From Schlesneria paludicola DSM 18645 (GTDB lineage: Bacteria; Planctomycetota; Planctomycetia; Planctomycetales; Planctomycetaceae), in contig CAMBQP010000001.1 in NCBI GenBank assembly GCA_945869955.1, positions 12,745-76,744 on the forward strand: a DNA stretch of 64,000 nucleotides, read 5' to 3'. The position numbers and the translations under genes were made by a program. The notes beneath the pieces are model-generated. The model saw only the letters and a list, made by a program, of their open reading frames with translations. It made no database searches and was not told the DNA's origin. Position 1 is the first letter of the stretch; every line of letters starts with the position of its first letter. Shown here piece by piece: positions 20,326-30,109 of this stretch.

Positions 20326-21444
20326 CTAATTCGGCGCAATGTTCAAGCTTCGACTCGGAAGTCGATGTTTCAATTTCAGGAAATGCTTTTCAACAAGGTG
20401 CCAACTGATGACTCCTGCAACGACTGACAGAGGAGTTGCAATCAAAAAGAGAGAAATAGGTCCAATTCCATGTATTTGGCTGACGATCAATTGTTGAATA
20501 GGAAACGCGTACAGATAAATCCCATAGGAAAAGTCTCCAAAACAGGCCCAATTCTGTAAACGAACATTTGGTCGGAATGCAAGCCAAAATAACACGTAGG
20601 GAATTGCAAAAGGAAAAATAAGACGGCCTAACGGTGGAAGCATCGCCGCCACCACGAGAGCGATGAATGCACTCATGGCCCATCGAGCAGAAGCCGGAAT
20701 TCGGTGCTCAAATAAGTAAAATGTCATCCCAGCGAGGAAATAGGGAAACACGATGAACCAATTTGACGCGTTTCCAACAACCACCGCGAATGCGCCCCGC
20801 TCGAAAAATGGCGCGTTCAACAGCGGGTAAACCATGCCACCAATTATAAAGCCAATCAATAAAATGACATTCAACCATTTGCGACGATTGAACAGGCCTA
20901 AGCCTCCCAACAGCATCACCGCCAAATAACACTTGAATTCGTAAGGAATCGACCAAAGTGAGCCATTGATCGCAAAAGGTAACGGATTATCGGGGAATCC
21001 TCCTGACAGTTCCATACGCCGCAGCATGACGAGGTTTACGAGAAGTGTCAGGAAGTTGCGGATTGTCAGCGTAAAGTGCTCCGACGCCATGGGCTCAACG
21101 CAGAAGAGGCCAATAAGGACGGCAACAATAAAACCAGGATAAATCCGTAATACACGCTTCAGAAGGAAGTCCGTGGTCGATTTTGATCTCAGCCAACTAT
21201 GAGTGATTAAATAACCACTAATCGCAAAGAAACAATTAACGGCTAATGAACCGGAATCAATCTGGGCGTTTGTAAGGACTCTCAACGGTTCACGGTCTTC
21301 ATTACCATCAGCGAGCGCGAATGAATGTGCGAAAATAACCAGGATTGATAACCAAAAGCGGCAGAAATCGAAATTATTTCTGGAGATTGTTCGTGAGTAC
21401 TGATTGGCAGTGCTAATATTCGGGTCGAGACTTGGAATCGACAT
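20326..21444 (-). CDS. Acyltransferase family 3 (OafA/OatA-like membrane O-acyltransferase)
   Basis: NNFDFCRF...V..AHS, AVNCFFAISGYLI, RVLRIYPG, NGSLWSIPYE, GDFSYGIYLYAFP, SWHLVEK; about 10 TM helices; AT-rich relative to its neighbours. Confidence 0.92.
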   Translation of the reverse strand: MSIPSLDPNISTANQYSRTISRNNFDFCRFWLSILVIFAHSFALADGNEDREPLRVLTNAQIDSGSLAVNCFFAISGYLITHSWLRSKSTTDFLLKRVLRIYPGFIVAVLIGLFCVEPMASEHFTLTIRNFLTLLVNLVMLRRMELSGGFPDNPLPFAINGSLWSIPYEFKCYLAVMLLGGLGLFNRRKWLNVILLIGFIIGGMVYPLLNAPFFERGAFAVVVGNASNWFIVFPYFLAGMTFYLFEHRIPASARWAMSAFIALVVAAMLPPLGRLIFPFAIPYVLFWLAFRPNVRLQNWACFGDFSYGIYLYAFPIQQLIVSQIHGIGPISLFLIATPLSVVAGVISWHLVEKHFLKLKHRLPSRSLNIAPN

Positions 21445-21761
21445 TCGTATTTTTTCTTTACGATTTAAACAATCATGTCACGTTGGTTTTCTGACGTAGA
21501 TCATGTCCTGCCCCAATACCTCACGCGTTAAATGCTTAGAGATTGAATGCCGAAAAGACGTTACGCAACAAGACCAAGATCTTAATCGTCGCAGAAAAAG
21601 AACAGGCAGTCAAGGAGTCAAAAACTCTTTACGAAATCGATCGAAAAGGGAACGAATTTGAGCTGAAGCCCACGAAAACCCTTCGCCGCGTAGATTTTTT
21701 GCCGAGCGACCGAGACATCCATTCGTTCACCTGTGCGTGTCAAGAATTCGGAAAACCGCAC

Positions 21762-23162
21762 TTACGAGATCAATTCCACCAGCGGTTTGGCATTGTCTTC
21801 AACCAGGTATTGCGGACGGCCGTTGAGGTCTGCGACCGTGGTGTTATCGACATCCAGGCCCAAGTGATGGAACAGCGTGGCGTAGACTTCACCGAATGAA
21901 ACCGGTCGGGAGATCGCTTCTCCGGCAATACGATCGGTGGCGCCGATCACCTGACCATGCCGCATCGAGCCCCCTGCCAGCATCGCGCAGTTCACTTGCG
22001 GCCAATGATCTCGACCCACAATCGAACTGATTTTCGGCGTCCGGCCAAATTCTCCCCAGATCACCACGGCACAATCGTCTGCCAAGCCGCGCAGATGCAG
22101 ATCTTCTACCAGTGCACTGACGCATTGATCGAAGACCGGAAAGTCCTCGGCCTCCCGCACGAAAATCGAGTTATTCGCGCGTCCTTCGGCGTTGGTTCCC
22201 CCATGCCAGTCCCACTTGCTGTAGTTGAGTGTGACGACGCGGACTCCGGCTTCAATCATGCGACGAGCCAGTAGCAAGCTTTGCGGAGCACGGGGAGCCC
22301 CATTCCCGTCCATCATGATCTTCGGGTCGCCAACCCCGTAACGAGCGATCGTACGGGGGTCTTCTTGCGACGGATCCAAAGCCTCGGCCAGTTTGGACGA
22401 GGTGAGCAATCCCATCGCCTGTTCCGTGAATGCATCCAGGCCCGTCATCATCGAGGTTTGATCGGCATCCCTGCGGAAGTGATCAAAGCTCTTTAGCAGT
22501 GACTGCCGGTCAGCCAGACGATCCAGTGTCACTCCATTCAGGACCATGTCGTCCCGAGTCTCGCCCAGCGGCTTAAACGGTGCATGGGCGGTCCCCAGAA
22601 ATCCAGGCCCCGGTTCGTTGTAAGGTCCATGCGTGCAGGTGTAGCACAGGCTAACATAGGGGGGAGATTCCCGCCGGGCTGGTCCCTGAACTTTGGAGAC
22701 CATCGTGCCGAACTGTGGCCACCCCCCCGACGGTTTCGACTTCTTCGGATCATGGCCATTGAAAACCTGGATGGCATCATGATCGTGCTGATTACCGACC
22801 AGCGAACGAATGACAGAGAATTTATCGGCTAGCTTTGCCAGACGAGGAAACGCCTCACAGATTTCGAAGCCAGGAACATTGGTGGCAATCGGTCGCCAAG
22901 GCCCCGCAATTTCCTTGGGAGCTTCCGGCTTCAGATCGAACATATCCTGATGCGGTGGCCCACCCACCAAGTAAATCATGATGACCGATTTCGGTGACTT
23001 TCGCCCGGAAATTGACTCGGCACGCAGCAGATCCGGCAAAGTCCACCCACCCGCCGTTCCCAGCGCCGCCAAGCTACCAATCCGCAACAGATCACGTCGC
23101 GAAACGCCGTCGCAGAAATCACGATGGGAAGTGGAACGCCCTGCAATCGTCAGCATCATCAA
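21762..23162 (-). CDS. DUF1501 domain-containing protein (Tat-type leader)
   Basis: FCDGVSRRDLL, GGPPHQDMFDLKP, LARRMIEAGV, WDWH, GEFGRTP, GRDHWP. Confidence 0.92.
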   Translation of the reverse strand: MMMLTIAGRSTSHRDFCDGVSRRDLLRIGSLAALGTAGGWTLPDLLRAESISGRKSPKSVIMIYLVGGPPHQDMFDLKPEAPKEIAGPWRPIATNVPGFEICEAFPRLAKLADKFSVIRSLVGNQHDHDAIQVFNGHDPKKSKPSGGWPQFGTMVSKVQGPARRESPPYVSLCYTCTHGPYNEPGPGFLGTAHAPFKPLGETRDDMVLNGVTLDRLADRQSLLKSFDHFRRDADQTSMMTGLDAFTEQAMGLLTSSKLAEALDPSQEDPRTIARYGVGDPKIMMDGNGAPRAPQSLLLARRMIEAGVRVVTLNYSKWDWHGGTNAEGRANNSIFVREAEDFPVFDQCVSALVEDLHLRGLADDCAVVIWGEFGRTPKISSIVGRDHWPQVNCAMLAGGSMRHGQVIGATDRIAGEAISRPVSFGEVYATLFHHLGLDVDNTTVADLNGRPQYLVEDNAKPLVELIS

Positions 23163-23603
23163 TCTCCTGCCGGAAACGATATTTGATTCGTGGTGACTTC
23201 TTGAACCTTTTATGCTGAATCGAGGATTTCAACCCCATTCGCAAAAAAGCACCTTGTTCATGGTATCAACAAAACCCAATGGGTGCCATTCTAACTGGGA
23301 TCACCATCCGCCCCCCCCGACATCCGTATTTCCCCGGCATTGCGACGTTGAACTTTCCTCCGCTTGGCGTTGAGTTCACCCAACCATGGATTCGTAACTC
23401 TGATGGTCAAGGTGACTTCGAATCTCGGTGGATTCAGAAAATCACGCCGAGACCACTGTTGCCACTTGGAATGAATCGCCTCGCGACCGATGCTCTGGTT
23501 GTGCCGGAACATTTGGATCCCTTCGCCACCCGGTACGTATGCCAATGGATCAAAGCCTGCAGGGACTTCAGGACGACCCGCCGCGTTTTCGTTGTCGCGA
23601 GAA

Positions 23604-24749
23604 TTATTGTGGGTCAACCAGGCGCCCTGAAAACAGGATGACATTGGTTTGTCGGTCCCTGATGAAGAATAAGAAGGGGTGGTCGGCTTGGAAGTGTTTT
23701 TCTACGATCGCCGCCTCCCTGGAAGGAAGGGAACCCTCGGCCCTTCCGGTCGAGACGGCGGCGGCTTCTGTACCCTCCTCATTGACTTCAATGAAGGTCT
23801 TGTGAACCACTTCAGAAATCTTCAGTGGTTTTTCACGATCGTCGCTGATCCCCCCCAAATCGGCATGGTCACTAAAAGCGAGTTGGGTCCCCATGTCACA
23901 CAGCACGGATGTCAGGTTAAATTCCGTTTCCATCTTGAAACGAGGAAGCGAGACCACAACAACCTTTTCGTGGCGTAATTCTTGCGTCACCCTTTGGAAG
24001 AGTTCTTGGGTGGCCCATTTGGCTTCTAATGCATCCAGGCCGTTATTCGCTCTTGGCAATACCACCAGCATTCCCAATTGCTGACCCAAATAAGGGAGAT
24101 CGAGGGCTTGAAACTCCTCGTTTTCAAAGTACTGATAGCCTGTAGTCCGGTGCATCGTCGGCACCGGGCGCGTGCTATGAGGGCCGTACCAGGACGCATC
24201 ATGAGTTGCATGCTTCGTAAAAAGCAATTCCCACCTCGCCTTGAAATAAATGGCATTCGTGAGAATCAGTCGAGTGTCGTCATGGATACTGCTCCGCTGA
24301 ATCAGATTCCGAATTTTCTGCCGGGTCTGCTCACTGACCCAATCATTGATCCTCGTCACAGCCTCGTCTGGTAGTCCCACAAAATCGACTTCCTGTAAGC
24401 CGCTCTGATAATCGGTTGCCAACGTCTGCTGAAATTCTGGGTTAAAATGGTAGCCCTGTTGTCCCCACAGTGCGCTGCTGCTGCAAAGTTCAAATCGTTG
24501 CGATCCTTGGAAATTGACCGACTTGATCCGCTGAGCGTAATAGTGGTTTTGTTGAGCGACACTTTCGGGTGCCCCGATGAGTTCCGTCAGCACCCTGCGT
24601 GTCTCACCTCTTGCTCCCACGGCACACATCGCCAGCGCGACCTCGATACTGAAGGGGGACAGAAACAAGTTCTGGCCCGCCGCTCGACCGGCAAGGTAGG
24701 CATTGAGGCGGGTCGCGAAAACGTTCGGGTTGGATACGGTGGTAAACAT
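23604..24749 (-). CDS. Serpin family protein (no signal peptide)
   Basis: NLFLSPFSI, INDWVSEQTRQKI, LTNAIYFKARW, LPRFK, hinge EVNEEGTEAAA, ADHPFLFFIRD, LFSGR; GGAG SD before the ATG at 24749. Confidence 0.95.
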   Translation of the reverse strand: MFTTVSNPNVFATRLNAYLAGRAAGQNLFLSPFSIEVALAMCAVGARGETRRVLTELIGAPESVAQQNHYYAQRIKSVNFQGSQRFELCSSSALWGQQGYHFNPEFQQTLATDYQSGLQEVDFVGLPDEAVTRINDWVSEQTRQKIRNLIQRSSIHDDTRLILTNAIYFKARWELLFTKHATHDASWYGPHSTRPVPTMHRTTGYQYFENEEFQALDLPYLGQQLGMLVVLPRANNGLDALEAKWATQELFQRVTQELRHEKVVVVSLPRFKMETEFNLTSVLCDMGTQLAFSDHADLGGISDDREKPLKISEVVHKTFIEVNEEGTEAAAVSTGRAEGSLPSREAAIVEKHFQADHPFLFFIRDRQTNVILFSGRLVDPQ

Positions 24750-25349
24750 GCAGTCGCTCCCTTGTTCAACGGTGAAAGCGGGCGTCATGCCACACAAAAA
24801 TCAGGCTGATCGATCATCCCCGTCAATCGGAAATCCCCTCCAACATCGCTGTTGTCGCTGGTCTGTCTTCGAATTCGGTCGGTTCCATTCTGATCAGGAC
24901 TTGAATGAGCAGCATCCGGAGACGGAATCGCCCACAATCCCCCTTGACCCTGGGGCTGCTGATGACTGCAAGATTGATGGGGCGGCAACATCCTTCGAGC
25001 CATTTTCGAGTTGGCTTGCTCCACATCGGGAAATGTCTCATTCGAACGCGGCGAGCATACCATCACGCTGTTATGCCCCGCTAGCAGCATTGATACATGG
25101 ACGCGCCCCGTGATGATCCAAATCAAATTCGGCCAAGTGTCTACCCGGAACTCGTCGGGTGATGTCTGAGGTGTGATCTGAAAGAAACCCGGGCACGACG
25201 GATCCATCACAGCAGAGAGCGTGCTGATCGTCGCGGAAATGTTATACTCGGAGCACAGCGCGAACAATTTGCCGGGACGGGTGTTCCGGCAACCCCCAAC
25301 TCACGTATGGGGGATTGTTGCAGAAAGAGGATGTTCCGAAGGATCACCA

Positions 25350-27038
25350 ATGACTGACTCCGTAAAGATAAATCAAATTGCCGTTGCTTGTGCGTTTTTC
25401 GTCCTCCTGCAGCTTCAGGCTTTCGCCGCCGAAGGTCCGGTGGCACGCTGGAAACTGATGGGCGACACGAAGAACTCGGTGCCGTCGAGTCCCGACGGAG
25501 TGAATCATGGGGTCAAGCTGGCCGCAAAACAGGCCACGTTCGACGGGCTCGGCAGCCACATCACGGTTCCGGCTAACGATGTTTTGAAGCTGGGAAAAGA
25601 AGACTTCACGATTTCCGTATGGGTCGACTCCAACGGCATCACCGACGATGACCAGGGGGACATCCTGAGCCAGTTCGATCCGAAAACGCGGACCGGGTTT
25701 CATCTGAGCCTACGCAGCAATTCCGGCGTCACACATTGCCAGCCCAACGAGCGGCAATTGCAATTTGGTATCGACGCAGGGACCGAACCCCTCTTGACCG
25801 ACGAAGGTCGGCCAGGGAATTGCGTCTTTGGGCAGTCGATGGCCGTCAATGAGGGAACGCTGTACGTTGGCACCTGCGAGCCGGGAAGCGACCAGGCGGG
25901 GCATGTTTATCGTTATGACGGTCCGAACAACTGGATCGATCTCGGGACACCGGACAAAGCGAATAGTATCACGAGCATGGCTGCGTTTCATGGCGACTTG
26001 TACGTCGGCTCGGGAAAATACCGGCTGGGTGGTTCGAAGCTCTCTGAGTCAGAAAACCCGCACCTCGGTGGACGAATTTTTCAATGGGTCGATGGCCAAT
26101 GGAAAATGATCGGCCATTTTCCTGAGATGGAAGCAGTCGGCGGCATGGTTGGCTTTCGCGGAAAGCTCTACGTCAGTTCGCTCTATAAACCCGCTGCGTT
26201 TTTCCGGTATGACGGAGACGGGAAATGGACTCCGCTGGAAGTCCCGAACGGCAAACGGGTCGAAGCCCTGGGTGTCTTTAACGATTACCTTTGGGCGACA
26301 GGTTACGACGAAGGCCACGTCTATCGCTACGACGGCACGGAATGGACCGATCTCGGCAACGTCGGCGAAAAAGAGAATACGCAGACGTACGCCTTCTCGA
26401 CTTATCAAGGGGCGCTTCAAGTCGCCACATGGCGCACGGGCAAGGTATTTGCCTGGCAGGCACCCACTCCGGCAGCGGCGAAGGATGTTCTCGGCGGGCA
26501 TTGGCAAGATCGCGGCCGGTTGGGGGAAGAAATGGAAGTGATGGGAATGCTGGTCCACAACGGCAGTCTCTACGCTGGAACCTTACCATTGGCCCAAATG
26601 TATCGGTATGACGGAGGGAAAACATGGACCCCGATCAAACAGCTTGATACGACCGATGTCGAGTACCGCCGCGTCTGGACGATGGCCCAGCATCAAGGGA
26701 AACTGTTCGCCACCACGTTACCTTCCGGCCATGTCTGGTCGCTGCAGACCGGAACTGTCGTGACTTGGGACCAATGGAAGCAAGTGGCGAATCACGACCG
26801 GTTTCATCTCGTCGCGCAACGGCACGGTGACACGTTGCGGCTATTCGTCGGTGGAAAAATGGTTGCAGAATCGAAAACCGCAAGGACGAGCGAATTAGAT
26901 CTTTCCACCGATCACCCTTGGCAGATCGGTGCGGGGAGTGGCGATTTCTTCCACGGTTCGCTGGCCGACGTACAGATTTTCCGCCGCGCGTTGACCGCCG
27001 AGGAAATTCGAGTCCTGGGCCAGGCTACACGGGATTGA
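25350..27038 (+). CDS. Secreted protein with a split LamG/concanavalin-A-like domain enclosing a beta-propeller
   Basis: Signal peptide; LamG halves (ATFDGLGSHITVP...DFTISVWV and LFVGGK...WQIGAG...FFHGSLADVQIFRRALTAEEI) flank repeated GxLYVG...YRYDG blades. Confidence 0.8.
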   Translation: MTDSVKINQIAVACAFFVLLQLQAFAAEGPVARWKLMGDTKNSVPSSPDGVNHGVKLAAKQATFDGLGSHITVPANDVLKLGKEDFTISVWVDSNGITDDDQGDILSQFDPKTRTGFHLSLRSNSGVTHCQPNERQLQFGIDAGTEPLLTDEGRPGNCVFGQSMAVNEGTLYVGTCEPGSDQAGHVYRYDGPNNWIDLGTPDKANSITSMAAFHGDLYVGSGKYRLGGSKLSESENPHLGGRIFQWVDGQWKMIGHFPEMEAVGGMVGFRGKLYVSSLYKPAAFFRYDGDGKWTPLEVPNGKRVEALGVFNDYLWATGYDEGHVYRYDGTEWTDLGNVGEKENTQTYAFSTYQGALQVATWRTGKVFAWQAPTPAAAKDVLGGHWQDRGRLGEEMEVMGMLVHNGSLYAGTLPLAQMYRYDGGKTWTPIKQLDTTDVEYRRVWTMAQHQGKLFATTLPSGHVWSLQTGTVVTWDQWKQVANHDRFHLVAQRHGDTLRLFVGGKMVAESKTARTSELDLSTDHPWQIGAGSGDFFHGSLADVQIFRRALTAEEIRVLGQATRD

Positions 27039-27085
27039 GGCCGATCCCCGTTGAGCACTGTCCCTGTGTTCGCCACGTCTACTCG

Positions 27086-27371
27086 GCGAAAATGCCGGTA
27101 AGGCGATTTTAACGCAAAGACGCCAGGACGCAGGGACGCCAGGAATACGAAAACAGCAAATGGGATTTCGCCCTTCTCTCTTCCTCTTTCTTGCGTCTCT
27201 GCGGCTTGACGCCATTGCGTTAAATTTTCCGCTCATTTCCTGTGACCCAATCGTGGATCTATGAGGGCGATCTGATCGCGAAAAGGGGGTTGCGGATTTT
27301 GCATGGATCGGGATTTTCGCTTCTGCACAAAAATCGGTAAGTGAATTCCGGTTCGGAGAGATGGGCAAGAC
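27086..27371. repeat. Copy 1 of the hairpin-containing island repeat (core hairpin 27107-27225)
   Basis: Aligns by eye with 34761-35054 and 35719-35939. Left arm TTAACGCAAAGACGCCAGGACGCAGGGACGCCAGGA at 27109-27144; complementary right arm at 27188-27223. Confidence 0.95.
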
Positions 27372-27697
27372 TGTGGTTGAAGACGATTTCTTGGGTCAAG
27401 ACTTTCTGTGAGGATCTGGAGAATCCGAGTTGCTGAGCATCCGCGTCAAGAAGGACAAAAGTTCGATCAGAATCGGACTCATCAAGCTGCAGACGAGAAT
27501 TCGGCAGTGAGCGTGCGCGCGATGAGGGTCAAAGTGGCTCAACAGTTTTGGTGACCTTCCCACAGTAGCTCTCACGGCGTCAGCTCTTCCATCAGCCGTG
27601 CAGGCGGGGTTTCTGGAGTCTCTTGATGTTGAGGTTCCCGGACCGGATAATCCGGCGGCAGCGTTCTCTTGTAACGAACTGAAACAGGACTGGCCAC

Positions 27698-28756
27698 ATG
27701 GCAGCCGATCAGCATCTCATCGGGTACCCCGACGGGTTTTGCCTATTTGAGAGCGGGTCTCTTTTGCCGGAGGCATGGCAGTTGGCATCCGGTCAAGGGC
27801 CCGTTTGGATCTTTAATCCCGCCATCATCGAGGCCACGGACGGTTATTTGCTCGCTTATCGCGTCGTCCTACACGACGGTCGACGACAGATGGCAGTCTG
27901 CCGACTGGGCCGCAATCTTCAAGTCCGGCCCCAGTCCGCGATTCCACTGAGCGACTTTCTGGTTTTGCCTGCCGGGTGGTATCCGGAACAGGGGCGGAAT
28001 TGGTTTGCCGACCCCCGCTTGATTCGCTGGCAGGGCCGGCTGCTGGTCCACTGGAATTCCGGGATGCACAAGCCGGCGAATCACCAGTTTGTTCAAGAGC
28101 TGGATTCCGAAACACTGACCCCGATCGGAACTTCACGAGAATTGCGGCTGGTTGCCGGGCAGGCCCCAATCGAAAAGAACTGGGGCCTTTTCGGGTGGGG
28201 TGACGAGTTGTACGGTCTCTATTCGCCCGCCCCGCTTTGCATTATTCGACTGGAAAACGACGATGGTCGCATCTGGTCATTCGCCAAGGTGCAAACCCAT
28301 CACTCCCATCTCGCCGGTTATATCAAGCATTTCGGGGCGCTGCGCGGAGGATCGCCACCAGTCTTGCAGGGGGGGCAGCTCATCGCGTTTTGTCATTCTC
28401 AGTCTCAAACCTCGCAAGGAATTCGGTATCATCCCAGCGCGGTCAGGTTCGCTGGTCCTCCTGATTTCAAGCCCAACGCATACCTTGCCCAGCCGTTGGA
28501 GCTACCAAATCCGTTCGCGGATCGATTGATTCAGCCGCGGTTAAATCCACAGGTCGCTGAGGTTATCTATCCATCGGGAGCTGTCTTCGCGAAGGGACGT
28601 TGGCTGGTGAGTTATGGAATCAATGACGAGCATTGTGCGCTGATGACGTTCGATTCCTTCGAGCTTGATCGTCATTTGCGGCCAGCCAGAGGAGCCACGA
28701 GGGCGTGGATCGGATCAGTCCTTCGGCGAAACCTTCCCGGATGGTTTGCGGGCTGA
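27698..28756 (+). CDS. Five-bladed beta-propeller glycan enzyme (GH130/GT91-like fold)
   Basis: Motifs FNPAI, DPR, EKNW, LRGG, FCH, IYPSG and SYGIND; located in a glycosyltransferase cluster. The family call comes from motif memory only. Confidence 0.65.
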   Translation: MAADQHLIGYPDGFCLFESGSLLPEAWQLASGQGPVWIFNPAIIEATDGYLLAYRVVLHDGRRQMAVCRLGRNLQVRPQSAIPLSDFLVLPAGWYPEQGRNWFADPRLIRWQGRLLVHWNSGMHKPANHQFVQELDSETLTPIGTSRELRLVAGQAPIEKNWGLFGWGDELYGLYSPAPLCIIRLENDDGRIWSFAKVQTHHSHLAGYIKHFGALRGGSPPVLQGGQLIAFCHSQSQTSQGIRYHPSAVRFAGPPDFKPNAYLAQPLELPNPFADRLIQPRLNPQVAEVIYPSGAVFAKGRWLVSYGINDEHCALMTFDSFELDRHLRPARGATRAWIGSVLRRNLPGWFAG

Positions 28757-28990
28757 GATCTGCGGCGCCGGGAAACCCCAATCAATGCGGTCATCAATGT
28801 CGAATCGGACTCGCGAGCAGCGTTGGATGGCGGTTTCCCGCGAGACGGCATTGTTGGGAAACGGGAAGAGAGAAACGGAGATTCGCGTCGTCGTGACCAG
28901 AAAAACCGTTCACAGTCGGACTCGATCCCCTGCCCGTTTTCGCGATGGCCAAATTGAGCAACAGTTCAAGCGATACCGACAGCCACGCGG

Positions 28991-30109
28991 TCATTGTTCC
29001 GCAAACGCCGCCAACAGTTGCTGAATCACCTCGACCGGAGGGATTTCCGTGATACAGATCGGGGACGCATGCACGCACTTCCAGCCACATTCATAACAGT
29101 CGAGGGGGCGGTTTAACCATCTCTGTCGCGGGCTTTTCGACCAGGGGGCAACATTGCCGAAATTCCCCCCGCCAATCAGCACCACAATCGGTTGATCGAG
29201 TGCCGTCGCAATATGGGCTGGTCCCGATTCCGGCGCAAGCAGGATCCGTACTGAGGCGATTTCCTGAACCAAATCGGGAATTGTTGCAGGGAATCGCCAA
29301 GTGACCGAGTTCAGCCCCGCCGCTTCATTCGCGCAGTCCCATACACGGATGTCGGTGCCCGGGGGGACACAGAATTCGACCGGCATCGGATGTTGTGCAA
29401 TAAACCCCTGGATCACTGTCGCCAGCAGTTCAGGAGGGTATTGGCGAATTTCATCACTGGCTTGGGGACAGACCAGCAGTACGGTGCGAACCTCAGTGGC
29501 TCGTACCGTGAGTCGCGAATGGATTTGCTCAAGAGGGACCTCAAATCCCCGAACAGAGCTGACGACACGTCGGTGTGCTTCGAGCTCTTGACAGTGGCCA
29601 ATCAGGACTTCGGGATACGGAGACAAAACTGCGTCAGGAAAGGGGACCGCTGCCTTTCCGAGGTAGGATTCCTTTTTCTCGCAAGCATAACGGACTGAGG
29701 CGGGTAACAGTCGCATCATGGCATGCAGATAATCGGAGGGATGGTGTCGCAAACAGACGAGCTCATCACAGGAAAGGCCAGAAAAACGGGAATGGTACTT
29801 CCAGAGAAACGTGACAAATTCAGGCCAGAACGAAATACATGAGATGGGTAACACGAGGAAATCGGTGCGAGGGAACTCAGCCCGGTACAAAGATTCCGCA
29901 ATCGGCGAGATGACCAGCAATGACTGATCCTCACCCACGCGATCAATCAACAATCGAATCGCCCCAACCGCCAGCACGGCATCGCCAATTCGATCCATCT
30001 TGATGATCGCCAGGCGGTAGTGCTTTCTGCGGCGGCACAGGACTTGGTTCCACAAGAACGCAATCCTGATCAGTAGCCAATATTTCCAAGGCCCAATTTC
30101 CAGACTCAT
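28991..30109 (-). CDS. GT9 glycosyltransferase (ADP-heptose:LPS heptosyltransferase-like)
   Basis: IIKMDRIGDAV and ESGPAHIATAL motifs; the ATG at 30109 overlaps the upstream TGA (ATGA coupling). Confidence 0.88.
   Translation of the reverse strand: MSLEIGPWKYWLLIRIAFLWNQVLCRRRKHYRLAIIKMDRIGDAVLAVGAIRLLIDRVGEDQSLLVISPIAESLYRAEFPRTDFLVLPISCISFWPEFVTFLWKYHSRFSGLSCDELVCLRHHPSDYLHAMMRLLPASVRYACEKKESYLGKAAVPFPDAVLSPYPEVLIGHCQELEAHRRVVSSVRGFEVPLEQIHSRLTVRATEVRTVLLVCPQASDEIRQYPPELLATVIQGFIAQHPMPVEFCVPPGTDIRVWDCANEAAGLNSVTWRFPATIPDLVQEIASVRILLAPESGPAHIATALDQPIVVLIGGGNFGNVAPWSKSPRQRWLNRPLDCYECGWKCVHASPICITEIPPVEVIQQLLAAFAEQ

Noticed and set aside
23291-23644. 117-aa ORF downstream of the serpin, and the C8 run at 23311-23318
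   Set aside because: The ORF overlaps the serpin end and has no recognisable motif. A single C8 run far from a start codon is weak evidence for phase variation.
27372-27697. JUMPstart/ops (RfaH/NusG-paralog) element ahead of the glycan genes
   Set aside because: Only a vague resemblance (CAGTAGCT...GGCGTCAGC); no GGCGGTAG core was found in the upstream regions.
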